Origin: an uncultured Planctomycetia bacterium
GTDB taxonomy: Bacteria > Planctomycetota > Planctomycetia > Pirellulales > PALSA-1355
Assembly (NCBI GenBank): GCA_963699445.1
Contig: CAVOTX010000007.1
Location: 303,310 to 367,309 of the forward strand
Direction: 5' to 3'
Length of the DNA: 64,000 bases
How positions within the stretch are numbered: the stretch's first letter is position 1; the number at the start of each line of letters is the position of its first letter. The position numbers were made by a program, and so were the translations under genes. This document shows, piece after piece, positions 11,627-25,300 of the stretch. The notes below the pieces were generated by a model that saw only the letters and a list, made by a program, of their open reading frames with translations, made no database searches and was not told where the DNA came from.

Positions 11627-14469
11627 ATGAATCACAACCCCCTATCGTACAGCGAGACCACCAACGTGCGCAGACCGATCAGAAATTGTTTGTTGCTGAC
11701 TATTTTTTTCCAAACGGCAGCAGCCGCAATCGTTGCCGCCCCAACGGCCCATGCGGCCGAATCCAGGTATCAGGTCATTCTCGATCCAAAGAATTCGTAC
11801 AACTATTACTACCTGGATGGTTCGCGCCAATTGCTTCGCATGGGGATCTCCGGTTGGGGGCCCGCGTGGTCCTGGGCTGCGGTCGTGGCGCACCAAAAAG
11901 CCACCGGGCAGGAAGTCGACGCATCGAACCAGGCCCGTCTGGGCAACGAAGACCTCGCCGTCAGCCTGCACGCCAAACGCGCCAACCCCGCTTCGCTATC
12001 CTTCGAATACGTCCTGGCGGCGAAAAAGGCCGTTCCGCTGACGATGCTCGTGGTGACCTTGAGCGCCTTTTCCGGCGAAGGGTCCAAGGCCGTGCTCTCC
12101 GGCATGGACGGAAAAGAAACCACGATCAACCTTCCGCCCGGCACAGCCGCCTTCGACTCGATTCGACAGATCACTATCCAGGGAACCGATCGGGCAGGCC
12201 AGCTTCGATTCAAACTGGATCCTCCGATGCGGGTGACCACGGACCGGGAAATTCGCCTGGTTTTGGCCGCCGACGTTTTCCCAGCGGGCGAAAAAAAGAC
12301 TGCCGTGACTGTCGAATTTCCTGCCGACGTCGCGTTTGCCGTGGAAGAATCAGCTCTGGCGAAGTTCGCCCCGCCCGTCGTCGAGCCCGACTGGTTCGCG
12401 TTCAAATCCACCGATCGAACCGGTCCCGGCGCGGCGGGAATGGAAGACTGGCTCGACAAACCGGCTGGAAAGCACGGCGGAGTGCGCATGGAAGGGGATG
12501 GTTTCCGCTTCGCAGACGCTACGCCGGTCAAATTTTGGGGGACGAACCTATCCTACGCGCTCAATGCCCCCACCAAGGAAGACGCAACATTCACGGCAGC
12601 CCGTTTCGCCAAACTGGGCGTTAATGGCGTCCGCATGCACAAGTTCACCGGAGCCAAGAGTTGGGAGGGAATCGGCGATGACAACGACGCGACGAAAATG
12701 AAGCCCGCCGGCTTGGATCGCCTCGATTACTTCTGCCAGCAGCTCGGCAAGCGCGGCGTCTACTACGGTTGGTCGCACACATTTGGCTTTGTCGTGCTGC
12801 CCGGCAACAGGGCGCGGCGTGTCCGGCTACGACGAGCTGATGAAGCAAGGCGGCAAGACCTATGCCGTCATCAATTGGGCGGAGGACGTACAGGATCTGC
12901 TGATCGAACAGGTCGTGCACCTGCTCGAGCACAAGAATCCGTACACAGGCAAGACCTACGCCGAAGATCCGGCCTTGTCGTTCGTCGAATTGCAGAACGA
13001 GGATGACATTTTCTTTTGGACTTCCGGCAAGGCCTACGACGATTTCCCCACCTATCGCAAACTGCTGCTCACTCGCTACAGCGAATGGTTGCAGGCCAAA
13101 TACCGCACGCAAGAAAAACTGGCGGCCGCCTGGGGACCGGCGCTCAAGCCCGACGAGAAACTGGCTGCCGGCAGCGTCGCCGTGTTGGCCAACCCTTGGG
13201 CCATGAGCGACCAACACCTTCCGGCTGCGAGCGGAGGCGAGCGTGTCCGTCTGCTGGACAATGCGGCGTTTCTCCACGAAACCCAAAATCGCTTTTATAC
13301 GCGTTTTGCCGCCGCGATTCGCAAGACCGGCTACCAAGGCCCGCTGGTGGGCTCGCCCTGGCAGGCGCCCGCGATGCTGCCGCATTATTACAATCTCAAG
13401 TCCGACGCGATGGTCGGCTACATCGATCGGCACAACTATTTCGGCGGCGGCGCTAAACGACACGATGCTCAAGTCTCCGGGAAGTGGCTATCTTTCGACC
13501 GGCCTGCAACAGGTAGCCGGCCTCCCGTTTGCGGTCTCCGAATGGATCCACGTTTATCCGTCGCTTTACAGCGCCGAAGGCCCGGTGATCATGGCGGCGT
13601 ACGGCCTGGGGCTGCAAGGCTGGGACGCATCGTACGAATTCCAGTCCACCAGCATCAAACCCGCAGGCAAGGACGTCGTCGGCCAGCTACCCTGGGGCGT
13701 TTGGAATGCCGACGCGCCCACGCAATTGGGTCAAAATCCGGTTTTGGCTCGGATGGTCCTGCGCGGCGACGTCAAGGAAAGTTCGGTCATCTCGGCCCGC
13801 CGCATCAGTGCCGCGGACTTACAGCAGGGCACGTTCAACTTTTCCGACAAAATCGAACAGCAAGCCGATGCCAAGACGTTTACCGGCTCGGTGCCGGCCG
13901 AATCGCTCGCGGCCGGCCGCGTGCTTGTCGAGTTCGTCGACAAGACCGCCCCCAGCACATTTCCCGACATGACTCGCTACACGAAAGGCGACGTCGTTAC
14001 GTCGGCCACCGGCCAACTGAAGTGGGATCGCGGCCAAGGCGTGATTACGATCGACACCGACGGCACTCAAGGCGCCGTCGGATTCATGCCGGAAAAGCCG
14101 ATTCGCCTGAGCCGGATCTCAATCAAGCCGTCTGGCAAATACGCATCCATTCTGGCGACGGCCGCCCAGCGGAATGAGTCGCTGCTCAGCGGCCGGCGCG
14201 TGCTGGTCTCGGCCGTGGCCCGCAACGCCAACTCCGGATTCCGCTGCCTGACGGTCGACGGTAAGTCCATCATCGACAACGGCCAAAGCCCGATCATGCT
14301 GGAGCCGGTCAACGCCGACGTCACCTTCATCGGGCGTCCGATCTCGGCGGTCAAGATCCTCGACCATGACGGCGTGGTCACGCAGCGCCAGGCCGCGTTT
14401 CGGGGGGACACGTTCACGATCGACGGTGCCAAGGACAAGGCGCTCTATTATGAGGTTCTGCTCAAATAG
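11627..14469 (+). pseudogene. large secreted putative glycoside hydrolase (clan GH-A / GH5-like TIM barrel), frameshifted as sequenced (breaks near 12800 and 13450)
   Basis: Signal-like N-terminus, FWGTNLSY..FAKLGVNGVRMHKF, then SFVELQNEDDIFFW (NE acid/base-like motif) in the next frame and a long beta-rich C-terminus in the third. The family call rests on weak motifs. Confidence 0.5.
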
Positions 14470-14547
14470 CGGCACGAATGTGACTCGATCGATAACGTCG
14501 TGATCTTGCGCGAGATAGCAAAGGGCGCGAGGATGGGGCTGCGCACG

Positions 14548-14585
14548 AAAAAACCCCGCGTGATCTGTCGACCACGCGGGGTTTT
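14548..14585 (-). terminator. intrinsic terminator downstream of the 5S rRNA (usable in both directions)
   Basis: CCCCGCGTG (14554-14562) pairs with CACGCGGGG (14573-14581). A run of six T follows on the minus strand, and GTTTT follows on the plus strand after the hydrolase gene. Confidence 0.6.
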
Positions 14586-14593
14586 GAAAGAAA

Positions 14594-14700
14594 TCCGGCG
14601 ATACCTACTCTCGCACTTTTGGTACTACCATCGGCTCTGAAAGCTTAACTACCGTGTTCGGAATGGGAACGGGTGTGGCCTTTCAGATATGTTCACCGGA
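14594..14700 (-). rRNA. rrf: 5S ribosomal RNA
   Basis: The reverse complement aligns by eye with bacterial 5S (..CCTACTCTCGCA..ACTACCATCGGC..GTGTTCGGAATGGGAAC..), directly 3' of the 23S. Confidence 0.85.
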
Positions 14701-14811
14701 AAGTAGCCAGGGGGGCGGTCAAGCCGCCCCTGGCTGGTTGTTGCTTGAGTGGCAGATGTTCCTAAGCTCGATCTCTTGAAGATCCTGGATGAATCGAGAG
14801 AGCGTTGGATA

Positions 14812-17738
<2,927 letters not shown>

Positions 17739-18642
17739 ACATAAATCCAACCCTCTCCCCCCCACGACGCACCTCGCGGCACGCTTCGGAAAAGAGAGAC
17801 CTGAACGGTCTTGCTACGGCCCACGCCGCCGGACGATTACCGACTTCGCGGACCAATCAACACTTTCGATCATTGCGGACCGCCGAACTCCCCCACGACC
17901 ACCTCTTTCGAGGCCAGCCGCGTGGAAACCCGTCGTCCGCGTCTAAGAGCCTTGGAGAACAATTAAGCACGCCGCTGACCCATCTGAGCCGGACCCTGGA
18001 AAGGGCCCGACGCCAAAAAGGCTGCGCGGCATGCCGTCTTGTTCAAAATACAAGATGCCACTCTTGCAACAACCAAATTGTCAAAGATCGCCGGGGCTGC
18101 CGCCGCACTCAAAATTGCGGCTTCGCACCGCTGTCAAAACAGACAGAGGCTGAATCCATCGCAGTCGATGAATCCGGCCTCTGGCCGCTTAAACTGGCAA
18201 ACAGCTAATCCTACTGATTTGCCGCACCTCGTCAAGTGGACCGGACGAAATCCACCCTGCCGACTTCCAGGAAAGCCTCGACTCGAAGCGAGCCAAGGGC
18301 GGCACCTTCCTGTGCCGGGAGCGTAACCATTGGTTTTGCCGCCAATACCACCCCTTTCGGCGACGCCGTTTGCTCGCTCTTTTCGCAAGCGGTCGAGCGA
18401 CGCACCAACGGGGGTTCCTCGAATCCCTTCGTCGGCCCGAATTCTAATGCCGCTATCGGAATTTACAAGGGGCGTTTTCTGGCTCTACCGGCCTCGGCGC
18501 GGCGCCGGCAAAGGCGATCGCCAGATGTGTATTTTCGCCCTGCGCAAGCCGTCAAAGGAATGGTTTCTTGGCCCGCCGGCCTTGATCTGCCCGCAGGGCA
18601 AAATCGCCCGGCGCGAGTCCGGGCTGGGCTTTCGGCGCGGCC

Positions 18643-18801
18643 CGAGCAGCCTGTTCAAATATTCAGCGGGTGGCGTCAAGCGAAGGGATGCGATGCCAAA
18701 ATAACAACGCAAGTTGTTATCTTGCGCTTTCGCGAAGGCCTTTGCCCAGAGCTAGGCGAGGTTGAGAAATGTCACGAGGGCATTTTTCAACGGGCTGCTA
18801 G
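18643..18801 (-). mobile_element. full-length copy of the MITE-like element (inverted relative to 36971-37128)
   Basis: The reverse complement aligns to 36971-37128 with 17 differences in 158 positions (hand alignment). The CTAG at 18798-18801 contains the stop codon of the PilZ gene. Confidence 0.7.
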
Positions 18802-19166
18802 AGATGCACGCGATTCAGAAACCGGCAGCCGACGAGAAACATCGGTCCCGTGCTGGTCGAGGTTTCGACCACGTTGACGATTTTCGCGCTCATATAGTGG
18901 ACGTTTGGCCCACAACCCAGCTCGAGGACGAGCGCGTCGAACTCCGGTCGGTGCCCGATCAAGAACGACACGCCGCCGGCCGAGATGTCGCGGAATTGCA
19001 CCTGGATGAACTGGTCTTTGGTCGGCAGCTTGCCGCTAGCGATCGGCGCCACCGACTGTCGATAGGGATAGGCCCTCCGCGGACTGGCCCGCAACTGCGA
19101 GTGTTCGGCGTCGTCCAACAGTTGAAACGCGCCTTCGCGCGTCGGACGGCGAAACCGCGGAAGCAT
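18798..19166 (-). CDS. PilZ-domain c-di-GMP receptor (possibly the C-terminal domain of the upstream GAF-PAS protein)
   Basis: RxxxR (RASPR) followed about 30 residues later by DISAGG (D/NxSxxG). The frame is open upstream of the first ATG and overlaps the Arg-rich tail of ORF 19036-20238. Confidence 0.65.
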   Translation of the reverse strand: MLPRFRRPTREGAFQLLDDAEHSQLRASPRRAYPYRQSVAPIASGKLPTKDQFIQVQFRDISAGGVSFLIGHRPEFDALVLELGCGPNVHYMSAKIVNVVETSTSTGPMFLVGCRFLNRVHL

Positions 19167-20238
19167 GTCCCGGCTCGGCCGCCGCGGGCGTGGGCATTTG
19201 CGACCGAGCCTGTGCCTTCGGCGAGCGGGCTTCGGCCAGCTCGCGTTCGAGTCGGGAGAGTTCCGTAACGTCGATGCCGGTCAGGACCATCGAGCGAGGG
19301 GCGTTGCGCTCGTCGAGCATCGCGGTTTGCGACCAGCGAATCCGGCGATGGTCCCCTTGTTTGGTCAGCAGATCGCTTTCGTAAGCGGCCGCCTGGCCCG
19401 TCTCCAAGCCTTGCAGGAAATTCTGCCGCAAGAGCTGCAGCTCGGCGGGCGTGGCGATCACGTTCCACAGTGGCCTGCGGGCGAATTCTTCCACGTTATA
19501 GCCCGTCAGGCGCTGGCCGGCCTTATTCACGCGGGTCACGCGACCCTCTAAGTCGGTCAGAATGACGATCGACTCGGACGCATCGAGCAAGGTGGACAGG
19601 ACCTGCCGCTCGGCGGCCAGGGATTGGGCCGCCTCGACCCGGGCAATCGTGGCAATTAGCAGGTGTGCGATCGTATCGGCAAATTCGATATCGTCGGTGG
19701 TGAACTCGTGCGGCTGCTTGCTGAATACGCAGATGGCCCCAAACGTGCCACCGTCCAACCGCAGGGGCAGGACCAGCGCGCTGGCAATGCCGGTCTGGCG
19801 GAGAAAGAGGTCCTTGAATCTTGCTTCCGTGGCCAGGTTCGAACAGGCGACGGGTTGGCCCTTTTCGATGGCAAAGGCAGCCAGCGAGTCCTGCGCACCG
19901 GTCGGATAGCGATGTTCGAGCGGATCGGCACCGCCGCCGGGCATGCGGATGTGCAATCGCCACCCGTCGGCCACGTCGACGCGATCAACGGTTCCCCGCA
20001 GCGGAATCTGCAGCGTTTCGCCGATCAGCGACGCGGCGTCCAGCATCAATTTGGTCGGCTCGCCCCGGCCGACCGAGCGACGGCTATAGGCCAGGATGAC
20101 CGCCCGCTGGCGCTGCCGCAGATCGGTCTGTCCGGCCAACGACGAATTGTCGGCCGCGAAGGCCAAAGCTTCGGTCATGGGCTGCGTTTGCGGCATTTTA
20201 GCGGACTCTCGCGTGGTCGTCAGCGATCGTCGCGACAC
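19036..20238 (-). CDS. GAF-PAS sensor protein
   Basis: GAF-like region (..GIASALVLPLRLDGGTFGAICVFSKQPHEFTTDDIEFADTIAHLL) followed by PAS (ESIVILTDLEGRVTRVNKAGQRLTGYNVEEF..LLTKQGDHRRIRW). The last ~45 residues are low-complexity and probably out of frame. An alternative ATG start lies at 20196. Confidence 0.65.
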   Translation of the reverse strand: MSRRSLTTTRESAKMPQTQPMTEALAFAADNSSLAGQTDLRQRQRAVILAYSRRSVGRGEPTKLMLDAASLIGETLQIPLRGTVDRVDVADGWRLHIRMPGGGADPLEHRYPTGAQDSLAAFAIEKGQPVACSNLATEARFKDLFLRQTGIASALVLPLRLDGGTFGAICVFSKQPHEFTTDDIEFADTIAHLLIATIARVEAAQSLAAERQVLSTLLDASESIVILTDLEGRVTRVNKAGQRLTGYNVEEFARRPLWNVIATPAELQLLRQNFLQGLETGQAAAYESDLLTKQGDHRRIRWSQTAMLDERNAPRSMVLTGIDVTELSRLERELAEARSPKAQARSQMPTPAAAEPGHASAVSPSDARRRVSTVGRRRTLAVAGQSAEGLSLSTVGGADR

Positions 20239-20265
20239 CGGAAAACGGTGGGCGACTCTCGATCA

Positions 20266-21793
20266 TCAACACTCCACGAACACATCGCTGGAGGGCGTTT
20301 CGACCGGTTCGTACGTTTCGCCGTTGTGCAGATGGGCGCAATTGCCTCCGGCGGCCTTGGAGGCAAAAAGCGCGGCATCGGCCCGCTTAATCAGGGAACT
20401 CGGGTCATCGGTCGCACTGGCCTGGGCGAGTCCCAGGCTGATCGTAAAGTGGATTTCCGATCCGCCGATTTGCATGCCGCACGCTCCGATCGCCGAGCGG
20501 GTGCGCTCGCCGAATTTGGCGGCGCCCGCCAGGTCGGTGCCCGGCAACATGATGGCAAAACGCCCCTCGCCGTAGCCCGAGACCAAGTCGATTTCCTGGA
20601 CCGAACTGCTGAGAAACTCGCCAATGGTTTCCAGCACCAACTCGCGCACGGAACTGCCGAGTCCGTCGGTGATCGACTTGAAATCGTCGATATCCAGCAG
20701 CACCAGCGAAAGCGGCACGTTGAAATTCTGGCACTCCAGCACGCGGCGACGCAGGTCGCCGCAGAAGGCCGTCAGCGGGCGGCCCTCGGCAGACGGCGCG
20801 GCCGCGGCCTGAGGTTCGGCAGCGGACCGAACCGGTTGGGGCGCTGCGGTTGCCACGGCGGTCGGCGGCGTTTCGGACGCCGGCAAGTCGATGGGCAGGC
20901 ACTTTCCTCCGTCGTGATACCAGGCACAATTGCGGCCGGCCTTCTTGGCCGCATACAGCGCTTCATCGGCGCAGTTGCACCAGTTGCCCGGTGTTTTCAC
21001 CCCCCGCAATCTGACCCACGCCGATACTTGTGGTGACCCGCAGGGCCGCTCCGGCGATCCGCGTAATGCTGGCCTCGACGGCGACCCGGCGCGACTCGGC
21101 GGCCCGCCCGGCGTCGGGCAGCGTCGTCACGGGCAGGATGATGGCGAATTCCTCGCCTCCGTAGCGTGCGACGAGGTCCATTTCGCGCGTCGTCTTGGAA
21201 AGGGCTGCCGCCACGTCCCGCAACACCTGGTCGCCGGCCTGGTGACCGTGCTGATCGTTGAATTTCTTGAAGTGGTCGACATCGACCATCAGCAGCGAGA
21301 AGGGGGTCTTGCGCCGCTCCCACTCGGCGAAACGACGGTTCAGCTCGTCGTCGAAGGCGCGGCGATTGTGCAATCCGGTCAGAGCGTCGGTGCGGGCGAC
21401 AGCGACCTGGGTTTCCAGTTCTGCGGCCTGGCGTTGCAGGCGAATCTCGGCGGTTGCCAACTGCTCCTGCAGTCGCTCATTGGCTTTGATGATGTCGGCT
21501 ACCGATCCGACGACGACATCGTCCCAGTCGGACTTTTGCCCCTGAGTGCCGGCCGATAGACCCGTGCTCAACTCACGAACGCGCGAACTGTGCTCGCCGA
21601 CGTCCTGAGCCACGCTGGTTGCCAAGTCTTGCAGCCGTTTCACGGCTTGCAACGCCCGCTCAGCTTCGCCAGCTCCTTGCGAACCGTTCCGACACAGCCA
21701 GCGCGCGGCGGCAAAACCGCTCGCCAGCATCGTGCAGGCGAAGGCGAAATCGACCATCCAAACGGAAAACGAAAAAGACATCACAGCAATCAT
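20266..21793 (-). pseudogene. membrane/coiled-coil diguanylate cyclase with an active GGEEF domain plus a second degenerate GGDEF domain; one frame break near 20990
   Basis: Domain 1: TGLHNRRAF..LLMVDVDHFKKFNDQHGHQAGD..REMDLVARYGGEEFAIIL (I-site RxxD intact). It continues in the next frame: CADEALYAAKKAGRN. Domain 2: LVLLDIDDFKSITD..QEIDLVSGYGEGRFAIML..RADAALFASKAAGGN (GGDEF and RxxD both degenerate). Confidence 0.8.
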
Positions 21794-22338
21794 TTACGAC
21801 TCCAACGGCTCGTCATTGGTATAGACCTTCTCCCCCTGAAAGCTAGGTCACTGCAAGCGCGAGTCAAAATTGCACAAGCACGAATTTTTCGCTTGCAAGC
21901 CGTTAGCCCGTGCCGAGTTGGGCCAGCCGCCACCAAGGCCAAGGTCGATCGTTTTCGGCGACGTAAGTCTTTATTTTTAAGGTGGTTATTTCGCGACATC
22001 CCCCCGAACCCACGCTCCAGGGGGGGCATGCCGGCGGTTCGCAGCTGACCATGTGCAGCGGCGAAGCGCAACAGCCTGATCGCAACGACGGGGCCGAATG
22101 TTCGCGCTTGCGCGATGGAACCGAATGGGGGCCCGGAGCGTCAGTACAGCGCGGAGCAAAATCGCCCCGCGAACGACCGGCAGCCGGTTGAAAAACGTCG
22201 AGAGATACCCCGAATCCGCTGCCACTGCCCCCAACCTCTGCGTTGAGCCTGATTGTCCAAATTTCGGCTCGCGGCAACGCGTCGCCCACCGTCGTCTAAA
22301 CTCATCCGACCCGACAACCCCTGGCGGTCCACATCATC

Positions 22339-25300
22339 ATGCACAAGGGCCTGGCCGTGCTGATCGGCATTTCGGCATTTCTTGCGGCGCTCGGATTGGC
22401 TGAGTCGGCCGATCCGCCCGTTACCCGGGACGAGCTGCAAAAGACCTTCAAGGCCGGCAACTTCAAAGACGCCTACGAAGGGCTGCGGCGGTTGGCGCTC
22501 GATCCGCAAGACGACCCGCGCTTAGTGGGCGAAGACCTGAAGCTGGCGGTGCAGGCCCTGCGCAATTTGGGCCGGGTCGCGGAAGTCGACGATTTCCGTG
22601 AAGAGGTGATCAAAGTCCACGAGAAGAACTGGCGGTTGCTCGATGCGGCGGCCGAGTCGATTTTCACGGTCGAAAACCACGGCTACATCGTGGCCGGCAA
22701 GTTCTACCGCGGCAACCATCGCGGTGGCGGCAAGCTGGTCAATGCGTTCGAGCGCGACCGCATCCGCAGTTTGCAATTGATGGTTCAGGCGAAAGACCTG
22801 GCAATCAAAGACGATCAGAAAGACGAGGTCGCCAAATTCTTCATCGGCTTCGCCCAGATGTTCATGGGCAATCGCGGTTATGCCGAAGCCTGGCGGCTGC
22901 AGTATCTCAGCGACCTGGCGGAACTACCCGACTACCAGGACGGCTGGTACTACGGCCAGGGGCCATCCGGCGCACCGGTTGATGCCGCGGGAAAGCCGGT
23001 CTTCTATCACTCGCCCAAGAGTTTTGACGAAGCTGTCAGCGATGGCGAGCGCTGGCGGTGGTGTTTGAGCCGGGCAGCGGAGATCTCGCCGGGCCGCTTG
23101 AACGAAACGCGCAAGCTGCGTGCCGACTTCCTGCACCAGCAGTTCGGCGTGCAGACCATGGCTCACTATGGCTGGTACTTCGGCCGCTCCGACGGCGCCG
23201 ACGACGACACCAAGAAAAACGAAAGCGGCACCTACGATCTGCACACCCTGGGCGAAGACGAAACGATCGCGCAGTTGGCCACCGGAATCAAGCACTTCAA
23301 GCTGCCCGATGAGTTCAACTTCATCAAGATCTACCTGCAAATCGCCGACGATCCGAAAACCGGCAACGGGCCCGAGGCACTCGACACGTTGGCCCAGATC
23401 TTCGAAAATCGCCGGCAATATGACCGCGCCGCCGAGTTCTGGCGCCGCGCGATCAAGGAGTACGGGCCGGGCAACAACAACTACCGGCAGCAGCGGCTCG
23501 ACCAGATCGTGAGCAATTGGGGCCGCTTCGAAGGCGTCATGACCCAGCCCGCCGGCCAGGGAGCCACGATCGATTTCCGCTTTCGCAACGGCCGCAAGGT
23601 GCAGTTCGAGGCTCACGCAATCCGCGTCGACAAGTTGCTGGCGGACGTGAAAAGCTACCTCAAAGCCAAGCCGAGCCCGGTCGATTGGCAGAAGATCAAC
23701 CTGGGCGACATCGGCTACCGCCTCGTAATCCAGAATCAGCAGGAGTACGTCGGCGATAAAGTAGCCGCCTGGGATCTGAACCTGGAACCGCGGGAACGGC
23801 ACTTCGACAAGCGGATCACCGTGACGACTCCACTGCAACAGGCCGGGGCCTACCTGCTTGTGGCGAAGATGGCCGACGGCAACGTAAGCAACGTCGTCGT
23901 GTGGCTCGCCGATACGGCGATCATCAAGAAGCCGATGGTCAATAAGACGTTCTATTACGTGGGCGATGCCGTCAGCGGACAGCCGGTCCCGCATGCCAAC
24001 GTGGAGTTCTTCGGCTATCAGAACAAGTTTGTGGGGAACAACAACTGGCAGGTCGACACGCTGGACTTCGCCGACTTCACGAATGACCAAGGCGAGGTCA
24101 TGCCCGACCACAACCAGCAGCCGGTCGATCATCAATGGATCATCACGGCTCGCACCGACGAGGGGCGGTTTGCGTTCCTCGGCTTTACGAACGTCTGGAA
24201 CGGCCAGGGCTACGAGCTGGAATACAACCAAACCAAGGTCTTCACGATCACCGATCGCCCGGTCTACCGCCCGCAGCAGAAGGTGAAGTTCAAGTTTTGG
24301 GTGCGGCACGCCCAGTACGACCAGGAAGACACATCGAGCTTCGCCGGGCACGACTTCAACGTCGAGATTTTCAATCCCAAGCGGGAGAAGATCCTCGCCA
24401 AGGATTTCAAGGCCGACGACTACGGCGGCTTCGAGGGCGAGTTGGACCTGCCGGACGAAGCGGTGCTGGGCGTCTACCAGATTTACATCCCGAAGATGGG
24501 CGGCGGCAGCTTCCGTGTCGAGGAATACAAGAAGCCCGAGTTCGAGGTCACGGTCGAAGCGCCCAAGAAGCCGGTCGCACTGGGCGAGAAAATCACCGCC
24601 AAAATCAAGGCCAAATACTACTTCGGCGCACCGGTCGTCAAAGCCAAGGTCAAGTACAAGGTGCTCAGAACCAGTTATTCCAGCCATTGGTATCCCAAGG
24701 GCCGCTGGGATTGGTTCTATGGGCCGGGCTATTGGTGGTTCGCCTGCGATTACGACTGGTACCCCGGTTGGGGCAATTGGGGCTGCCGGCGGCCCACGCC
24801 CTGGTGGTGGTGGGGGCAAGCGCAGCAGCCGCCCGAACTGGTCTCCGAGCGCGAGGTGGAGATCGGCGCCGACGGAACGGTGCAGGTCGTCATCGACACC
24901 GCGATGGCCAAAGAGGTCCATCCCGACCAGGACCAACAGTACCAAATCACGGCCGAGGTCGTCGACCAGTCCCGCCGCACGATCGTCGGCTCCGGCAGCG
25001 TCTTAGCGGCCCGCCGGCCGTTCAAGGTCTTCGTCTGGCTGAACCGCGGCTACTATCGCACGGGCGACGCCATCCAAGCTCAATTCAAAGCCCAAACGCT
25101 CGACCAAAAACCGGTCGAAGGCACCGGCACGCTCAAGCTGCTGGCGATCCGCTACGACAAGGACAACAAACCGGTCGAGAAGACCGTGCAGCAATGGAAG
25201 CTCGACACCAATTCCGAAGGCGAGGCCAGGCAGCAGATCAAAGCCGCGGCCCCCGGCCAATATCGCCTCTCCTACTCGCTCGTGGACAAAGAGAAGCACA

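Noticed and set aside
18056-18137. TTGACA hexamers on the minus strand (18079-18084 and 18132-18137) as rRNA promoter candidates
   Set aside because: Neither has an acceptable -10 hexamer at 16-18 nt (GTGGCA/TGGCAT and TTTTGA). The evidence is too weak to annotate.
17739-18642. Search for a 16S rRNA gene, spacer tRNAs or a protein gene upstream of the 23S
   Set aside because: I found no 16S-like conserved blocks and no cloverleaf. GGTTCCTCGAATCC near 18410 resembles a T-arm but has two extra bases and no matching acceptor or anticodon stems. The ORFs here (for example 18236-18877) are Arg/Pro-rich junk.
19663-21036. 457-aa plus-strand ORF
   Set aside because: It is antisense to the GAF-PAS and GGDEF genes, and the translation is low-complexity.
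22924-24945. 673-aa ORF on the minus strand
   Set aside because: It is antisense to the intact alpha-2-macroglobulin gene. The translation is V/L/G/R/D-rich with no motifs, which is a typical shadow ORF in high-GC DNA.
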